Positions 54,572-64,000 of a DNA stretch of 64,000 nucleotides are shown in pieces (position 1 is the first letter of the stretch; each line of letters begins with the position of its first letter). The DNA comes from Acidimicrobiia bacterium (GTDB taxonomy: Bacteria > Actinomycetota > Acidimicrobiia > Spongiisociales > ZC4RG35), in assembly GCA_015488325.1 (NCBI GenBank), contig WFOA01000010.1, forward strand, positions 15,945 to 79,944, in the 5' to 3' direction. Below the pieces are notes generated by a model that saw nothing but the letters and a program-made list of their open reading frames with translations, had not been told where the DNA came from and made no database searches. The position numbers were made by a program, and so were the translations under genes.

Positions 54572-55504
54572 GTGGCAGAGCACCGCGGGTCCGGTGCATC
54601 GGTGGCGGATGCCGTAGGCCTCTACCTCGACGAGGTGGCGGATCACTATCTGCTCACCGCCGAGGACGAGGTTCGGCTGGCCAGGGCGATCGAACAGGGA
54701 CGACGCGCCCAGAGCCGTCTCGACGGTGACACCGAACTCGATCCCGCCGAACGGGCTCGTCTGGAACAGCTCGTAGAAGAAGGCCACGACGCCAAACTCA
54801 CCTTCATCCGGTGCAACCTGCGGCTCGTCATCTCGATCGCCAAGCGGTACACGGGCCGCGGCCTCGACCTCCTCGACCTCATCCAGGAGGGCAACCTCGG
54901 GTTGATCCGGGCGGTGGAGAAGTTCGACTGGCGGAAAGGCTTCAAGTTCTCCACGTACGCCACCTGGTGGATCCGTCAGGCCATCACCCGGGGACTGGGG
55001 AACAACGCCCGGACGATCCGCCTCCCGGTGCACATGGTCGACGTCGTCCGCACCGTCCACGACACCCACCAGCAGCTCGCCGAAGAGTTCCACCGGGCAC
55101 CGACGGTGGACGAGATCGCCGCCGTCTCCGGGCTCGACCCCGACCGTGTCGAAGCAGCCCTGTCGGCCCCCACCGACACCGTCTCCCTCGACCGGCCCGT
55201 CGGTGACGACGGCGACGCCGAACTCCACGAATTCATCTGCGACGACGACACCCCCGACCCCTTCACCACCGCCGTCGAACGGATGCGGGACGCCGAGATC
55301 CAACGGGCGCTCTCGATGCTCAGCCGGGAAGAGCGGGTCGTCCTCACCCTCCGGTTCGGGCTCGACGGCCGCGACTCGTGGACGCTGTCGGCGGTGGGCA
55401 AGCTGTTGGGCATGACCCGGGAACGGGTCCGCCAGATCGAGAGTCGGGCCCTCGCCAAGCTCCGCCATCCCTCGGCCGCCGTCCAACTGGAGTCGCTCCT
55501 GTAA
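54572..55504 (+). CDS. Sigma-70 family sigma factor, group 1/2-like (regions 1.2-4.2 present)
   Basis: DAVGLYLDEV..HYLLTAEDEV; NLRLVISIAKRY.GRGL.LLDLIQEGNLGLIRAVEKFD..KGFKFSTYATWWIRQAITR; LGMTRERVRQIESRALAKLRH. The start is uncertain (GTG 54572 or 54602; the track uses TTG 54515). Confidence 0.85.
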   Translation: MAEHRGSGASVADAVGLYLDEVADHYLLTAEDEVRLARAIEQGRRAQSRLDGDTELDPAERARLEQLVEEGHDAKLTFIRCNLRLVISIAKRYTGRGLDLLDLIQEGNLGLIRAVEKFDWRKGFKFSTYATWWIRQAITRGLGNNARTIRLPVHMVDVVRTVHDTHQQLAEEFHRAPTVDEIAAVSGLDPDRVEAALSAPTDTVSLDRPVGDDGDAELHEFICDDDTPDPFTTAVERMRDAEIQRALSMLSREERVVLTLRFGLDGRDSWTLSAVGKLLGMTRERVRQIESRALAKLRHPSAAVQLESLL

Positions 55505-55563
55505 CGGCCCTTCGGGGTCGAGACCCTGGCCATCGGCGAACCCTGCTGTAGCCTGACCCTCCG

Positions 55564-55836
55564 ATGGAAGCCATCAGCAGCGAAATCGTCGACGCGTTCA
55601 TCCGGATCGCCGTCGCCGGCGGCATCGGAGGCCTCTTCGGAGGGTTCATCGGAGGTCGGGGGAAGAACCTGATCGGCTCGATCCTGTTGGGAATCATCGG
55701 CGGGATCTCGGCTTCGGCGATCCTCCGGATCGCCGGGGTGCCCGCCATCATGAACGCCGGCGAAGGATTCGGACTGGTCTACGGCTTCGTCGGTGGTTTC
55801 ATCCTGGCGTTCGTCGTGGGAGCCTCCAATCGCTGA
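55564..55836 (+). CDS. GlsB/YeaQ/YmgE-family (transglycosylase-associated) small membrane protein
   Basis: 90 aa with Gly-rich TM helices: AVAGGIGGLFGGFIGG...LGIIGGISASAIL. Confidence 0.7.
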   Translation: MEAISSEIVDAFIRIAVAGGIGGLFGGFIGGRGKNLIGSILLGIIGGISASAILRIAGVPAIMNAGEGFGLVYGFVGGFILAFVVGASNR

Positions 55837-56623
55837 CCTGCCCCGCTCCGGAGTCACCAAGCTCGACATCGCCCGGGACTGGCTGCCCCGGTACACGGGT
55901 ATGCCGGTCGAGGATTTCGGCGACTACATCCTGCTGACGAACTTCGGCTACTACGTGGAGCGGTTCGCCGAGCGTTTCGACTGCCCGATCACCGGCACCG
56001 ACCGCCCCATGCAGGCGGCCACCAACGACGACGGCCTCACCATCGTCAACTTCGGGATCGGCACCGCCAACGCCGCCACGATCATGGACCTGCTCACCGC
56101 CCGCCGGCCCGCCGGGGTCCTGTTCCTCGGCAAATGCGGCGGGCTCAAGCATTCGACCGAGATCGGGCATTTCATCCTCCCGATCGCCGCCATCCGGGGA
56201 GAGGGCACCTCCAACGACTACTTCCCGCCCGAAGTCCCCGCCCTCCCCTCCTTCAAGCTCCACAAGTTCGTCTCCGACCGCATCGTCGCCCGGGGCCTCG
56301 AATACCGCACCGGCGTGGTCTACACGACCAACCGCCGGGTGTGGGAACACGATCAGGAGTTCCTGGCCCGGCTCCGCCGGCTCACCGCGATCGGCATCGA
56401 CATGGAGACCGCCACCCTGTTCATCGTCGGGCACGCCAACCGGATCAGCCGCGGGGCGCTGCTGTTGGTCTCCGACGTGCCCTTTCATCCCCAGGGGATC
56501 AAGACCGAGGAGAGTGACGCGCGGGTCACCGCCCAATGGTCGGACACCCACCTCGACATCGGTATCGAGGCGATGAGCCAGATCGCCCGGGAAGGCGAGC
56601 CGATCAAACACTTCACCTTCTGA
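55793..56623 (+). CDS. AMP nucleosidase-like nucleoside phosphorylase (PNP_UDP_1 family, catalytic domain only)
   Basis: WLPRYTGMPVEDFGDYILLTNFGYYVERF parallels the Amn RLRHYTGT..E.F....LFTNY..YV..F region. FLGKCGGL and IDMETATLF also fit. The conserved region precedes the first ATG, so GTG 55793 is used (44-nt overlap with the upstream gene). Confidence 0.75.
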   Translation: MVSSWRSSWEPPIADLPRSGVTKLDIARDWLPRYTGMPVEDFGDYILLTNFGYYVERFAERFDCPITGTDRPMQAATNDDGLTIVNFGIGTANAATIMDLLTARRPAGVLFLGKCGGLKHSTEIGHFILPIAAIRGEGTSNDYFPPEVPALPSFKLHKFVSDRIVARGLEYRTGVVYTTNRRVWEHDQEFLARLRRLTAIGIDMETATLFIVGHANRISRGALLLVSDVPFHPQGIKTEESDARVTAQWSDTHLDIGIEAMSQIAREGEPIKHFTF

Positions 56624-56645
56624 GCGGCCCGGTAGAGTCCCCGGG

Positions 56646-56903
56646 GTGTTCGGGTTCCTGTTCTCGCTGGTCGTCGCCGCCTTCGCCGGGTGGCTGGGAG
56701 CCCGTCTGGCGGGCCGTGACGAACCCCTCGGGTGCCTGTCGTCCATCGTGTTGGGGTTCATCGGATCCCTCTTCGGGTCGTGGCTGGCCCGCACCCTCGA
56801 CCTGCCCCTCCTCTGGACGGTCCGGGGCTTCCCGGTGATCTGGGCGGTGGTGGGCGCGGCCCTGTTCGTCGCCCTGCTCAACCTCGTCGGCGGGCGACGC
56901 TGA
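56646..56903 (+). CDS. GlsB/YeaQ/YmgE-family small membrane protein (second copy)
   Basis: 85 aa: FLFSLVVAAFAGWLGARLAG...IVLGFIGSLFGSWLAR. Confidence 0.7.
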   Translation: MFGFLFSLVVAAFAGWLGARLAGRDEPLGCLSSIVLGFIGSLFGSWLARTLDLPLLWTVRGFPVIWAVVGAALFVALLNLVGGRR

Positions 56904-56927
56904 ACCCGAAGGCGGTCGGTTCCGACC

Positions 56928-58340
56928 TCAGCCGACGGCGCCGGCCTCCGCCATGTTCAGCTCGATGAGCCGGTTCATCTCGACCGCGTACTCCATCGGG
57001 AGCTCCTTCACGATCGGTTCGATGAACCCGGCCACGATCATCGAGGTCGCCTGGTCTTCGGTGAGGCCGCGACTCATCAGGTAGAAGAGCTGCTCCTCCC
57101 CGACCTTCGAGACGGTCGCCTCGTGGCCGATCTCGGCGTCGTTCTCTTCGATCTCCATGTAGGGGTAGGTGTCCGACCGGCTCTTCTCGTCGAGGATCAG
57201 GGCGTCGCAGCGGACGAAGCTGCGCGAATCCTCGGCGTCCGGCTCGACCCGGACCAGACCCCGGTACCCGGCCCGACCTCCGTCCTTCGAGATCGACTTG
57301 GAGACGATCGTCGACGTGGTGTGGGGGGCGGCATGCACCATCTTCGCCCCGGTGTCCTGGTGTTGGCCTTTCCCGGCGAAGGCGATCGACAGCACTTCGC
57401 CGTGGGCCCCGGGCTCCATGAGCCACACGGCCGGGTATTTCATCGTCAGGCGGGAACCGAGGTTGCCGTCGACCCACTCCATGGTGGCGTCGGCGTAGGC
57501 CATCGCCCGTTTCGTCACGAGGTTGAACACGTTCGACGACCAGTTCTGGATGGTCGAGTAGCGGCAGCGTCCGCCCCGCTTGACGACGATCTCGACGACG
57601 GCGGCGTGGAGAGAGTCGGTCGAGTAGATCGGAGCCGAACACCCTTCGACGTAGTGCACGTAGGCGCCCTCGTCCACGATGATGAGGGTCCGTTCGAACT
57701 GACCCATGTTCTCCGAGTTGATCCGGAAGTAGGCCTGGAGGGGCTGTTCGACGTGGACCCCGGGGGGCACGTAGATGAAGGACCCTCCCGACCAGACCGC
57801 CGAGTTGAGGGCGGCGAACTTGTTGTCGTTGGGCGGGATCACCGTCCCGAAGTACTGGCGAACCAGCTCTTCGTACTCCCGCAGGGCGGTGTCCATGTCG
57901 GTGAACAGCACCCCTTGGGCTTCGAGCTCCTCCCGGTTGCGGTGGTACACCACCTCGGATTCGTATTGGGCGGTCACCCCGGCCAGATATTTCCGTTCCG
58001 CCTCCGGGATCCCGAGCTTCTCGTAGGTCTCTTTGATCTCCTCGGGCACCATGTCCCAGGACTTGGCCTGACCCTCGGTGGGTTTGATGTAGTAGTAGAT
58101 GTCGTCGAAGTCGATGGTGTCGAGGAGCCCACCGCCGCCCCAGGTGGGCATCGGCTTGCGAAGGAAACGCTGATAGGCGCGCAGACGGAAGTCGAGCATC
58201 CAGGCGGGCTCGCCCTTCATGTCCGACATCTGGCGGATGATGTCCTCGGACAGCCCCTTCTGGGGCTTGAAGACGTACTCCTCCTCGGAGTCCTTCCAGC
58301 CCAGCTTGTAGGCACCCAGGTCGATGTCAACGGTTGCCAT
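56928..58340 (-). CDS. sufB: Fe-S cluster assembly protein SufB
   Basis: 470 aa. ...[17 protein letters not shown]...[25 protein letters not shown]...STIQNW...[23 protein letters not shown] is canonical SufB. Confidence 0.95.
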   Translation of the reverse strand: MATVDIDLGAYKLGWKDSEEEYVFKPQKGLSEDIIRQMSDMKGEPAWMLDFRLRAYQRFLRKPMPTWGGGGLLDTIDFDDIYYYIKPTEGQAKSWDMVPEEIKETYEKLGIPEAERKYLAGVTAQYESEVVYHRNREELEAQGVLFTDMDTALREYEELVRQYFGTVIPPNDNKFAALNSAVWSGGSFIYVPPGVHVEQPLQAYFRINSENMGQFERTLIIVDEGAYVHYVEGCSAPIYSTDSLHAAVVEIVVKRGGRCRYSTIQNWSSNVFNLVTKRAMAYADATMEWVDGNLGSRLTMKYPAVWLMEPGAHGEVLSIAFAGKGQHQDTGAKMVHAAPHTTSTIVSKSISKDGGRAGYRGLVRVEPDAEDSRSFVRCDALILDEKSRSDTYPYMEIEENDAEIGHEATVSKVGEEQLFYLMSRGLTEDQATSMIVAGFIEPIVKELPMEYAVEMNRLIELNMAEAGAVG

Positions 58341-58372
58341 GCGGCGTCTCCTCGAGGGTCTCGACGAAGCGA

Positions 58373-58398
58373 ATTTCTACTACGCAGATAGTGTATAG
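58373..58398 (-). promoter_or_regulatory. suf-box copy 3: (plus strand) ATTTCTAC-N10-GTGTATAG, 32 nt upstream of sufB
   Basis: Read directly from the sequence in the 71-nt gltB-sufB gap. Same 8-N10-8 architecture as copies 1 and 2, with a weaker second arm. Confidence 0.5.
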
Positions 58399-58411
58399 GA
58401 CTCGGGCGGGT

Positions 58412-62830
<4,419 letters not shown>

Positions 62831-62913
62831 GGGTGGGCACTCCCCGGTCGGCGGAACGGCGATCTTACCTGGTGACGACGGTGCCCAAACCCGCCGGGTA
62901 CCCTGAACAGCCC

Positions 62914-63357
62914 ATGCCCGTCATCGTCGTCGGAGCCGACACCCCCGCCGGGGAGGCCGTCATCGGCGCCCTCCTCGCCCCCGGACGTGAGGTCCGGGCG
63001 TTCGTATCCGACCCCGGCGCGGCCCTCCGACTGAAGAAGGCCGGGGTGAAGGTGGCCCTCGGCGACGTCTCCGACGCCTCCCACCTCGCCGGTGCCGCCC
63101 TCAACTGTTTCAGCGTCGTGTTCATCGAGGCCGCCGCCACCGACGGCCGGGACCGGGCCTTCGCCGCGGACCGGGCCGCCGTGTTCGAAGCCTGGGCGGA
63201 GGCCGCATCCGACGCTTCGGTGCGGAGGGTGATCTGGGTTTCCAGCGTCGAACCCCCCGCAGGTGCCGCCCCCGAGTCGGCTCGGGTGGATCCGGGTCTC
63301 GCCCTCGACGAGCTGGCACGGCGGGTCGCCGAGCTCGACGACGCCGTCGAGCTCTGA
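62914..63357 (+). CDS. Short NAD(P)-binding (NmrA/atypical-SDR-like) protein, possibly truncated
   Basis: MPVIVVGADTPAGEAVIGALL (GxxxxxG Rossmann start) ...VRAFV.D...LGDV.D. Only 147 aa, shorter than the typical family size. Confidence 0.5.
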   Translation: MPVIVVGADTPAGEAVIGALLAPGREVRAFVSDPGAALRLKKAGVKVALGDVSDASHLAGAALNCFSVVFIEAAATDGRDRAFAADRAAVFEAWAEAASDASVRRVIWVSSVEPPAGAAPESARVDPGLALDELARRVAELDDAVEL

Positions 63358-63389
63358 ACCGGGCGACCGGACCCCGCCGAGGGTTGACC

Positions 63390-63995
63390 TCAGTCGAGGG
63401 GGATCGTCGCCAGCCAGGCGAGCCGGGCGGCGAGGGCGGCCCGCTCGTAGGCCGGGGCGAGATAGGGGTAGGGGTCCACCGCCTCGCCCCGGTAGCGAAG
63501 CTCGAAGTGGGTGTGCGGAGACGAATCCTCGGTGTTCCCCGAATCCCCGACGTAGGCGATCACGTCGCCTGCCCGGACGAAGGCGCCCACTTCGATCCCC
63601 GGGGCGTATGTGTATCGGTAGTCGGCGGCCCCGTCGTCGGTGCCGGGGGTGTCGTTGTTGAGGTGCAGATACCAGGTCTCCCACCCGCCGGCGTGGGTGA
63701 CGACCAGATACCTCCCGGCGTTCCCCGACGTCCGGATCCTCGTCACCACGCCGTCGGCGGCCGCGTAGACCGGTGTCATCTTCGGGGCGAACAGGTCGTT
63801 GCCTTGGTGACGATGGTTGTGCCGGGGGTCACCGAAGGTGGACCGGAAACGGGTCACCGCCTGATCTTGGGGGAAGACGAGGACCAGCTCCGGGATCTCC
63901 ACCCCGGTGTCGGGCACCGCCGTGCCGGCGACGGCCGGTGTCGCCGGCAGGATCCCGGCCAGGGCGAGGACGATGACGATGATGCGGCGCGGCAC
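63390..63995 (-). CDS. Secreted M23 family metallopeptidase
   Basis: Signal peptide RRIIVIVLALAGILPATPAVA. HQGNDLFA (HxxxD) and SSPHTHFEL (HxH). GTG start near the window end. Confidence 0.85.
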   Translation of the reverse strand: MPRRIIVIVLALAGILPATPAVAGTAVPDTGVEIPELVLVFPQDQAVTRFRSTFGDPRHNHRHQGNDLFAPKMTPVYAAADGVVTRIRTSGNAGRYLVVTHAGGWETWYLHLNNDTPGTDDGAADYRYTYAPGIEVGAFVRAGDVIAYVGDSGNTEDSSPHTHFELRYRGEAVDPYPYLAPAYERAALAARLAWLATIPLD

Positions 63996-64000
63996 GACCA

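Noticed and set aside
52288-56903. Calling the block that splits sufB from sufD a mobile or genomic island
   Set aside because: No integrase, transposase, flanking direct or inverted repeats, or tRNA attachment site is visible. Composition was not computed, so it is reported only as a synteny anomaly.

Overview
High-GC (about 70%) actinobacterial-type chromosomal segment, very gene-dense, with many 4-nt start/stop overlaps and convergent gene-end overlaps. No rRNA, tRNA, CRISPR or mobile-element genes were recognised. Positions 1-33.7 kb form one large cell-envelope glycan locus. It holds eight glycosyltransferases (GT2 x3, GT4 x5), a WecA-like priming enzyme, Wzx, a Wzy-like protein, an atypical PCP, and a CapD-like dehydratase. 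It also holds rmlA/rmlC, a deacetylase, GNATs, a sulfotransferase, an MsbA-like ABC exporter, and a secreted 7-blade propeller/3xCWB2 wall-binding protein. Positions 33.8-42.2 kb carry a hydrolase, a three-gene small-protein module, two acyl-CoA dehydrogenases with a TetR regulator, and MBL, LLM, YbaK and lipoprotein genes. Positions 42.2-58.4 kb carry a fragmented SUF Fe-S system: sufC-sufS-sufU, sufD-Rieske-sufC2, and sufB. It is interrupted by a two-component system flanked by paralogous secreted proteins, by fumC, and by a UDG/glycosidase/sigma/GlsB/AMP-nucleosidase block. gltB, a small NAD(P)-binding protein and an M23 peptidase close the window. Main leads: a PCP/pseudo-kinase fused to a C-terminal domain resembling the PglX C-terminus; a 26-bp AT-rich inverted repeat upstream of all three suf units; three 11-bp-phased ACCTTGAC repeats beside the response regulator; and an rml operon lacking recognisable RmlB/RmlD. 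All functional calls rest on motif recognition by eye; no searches were run.
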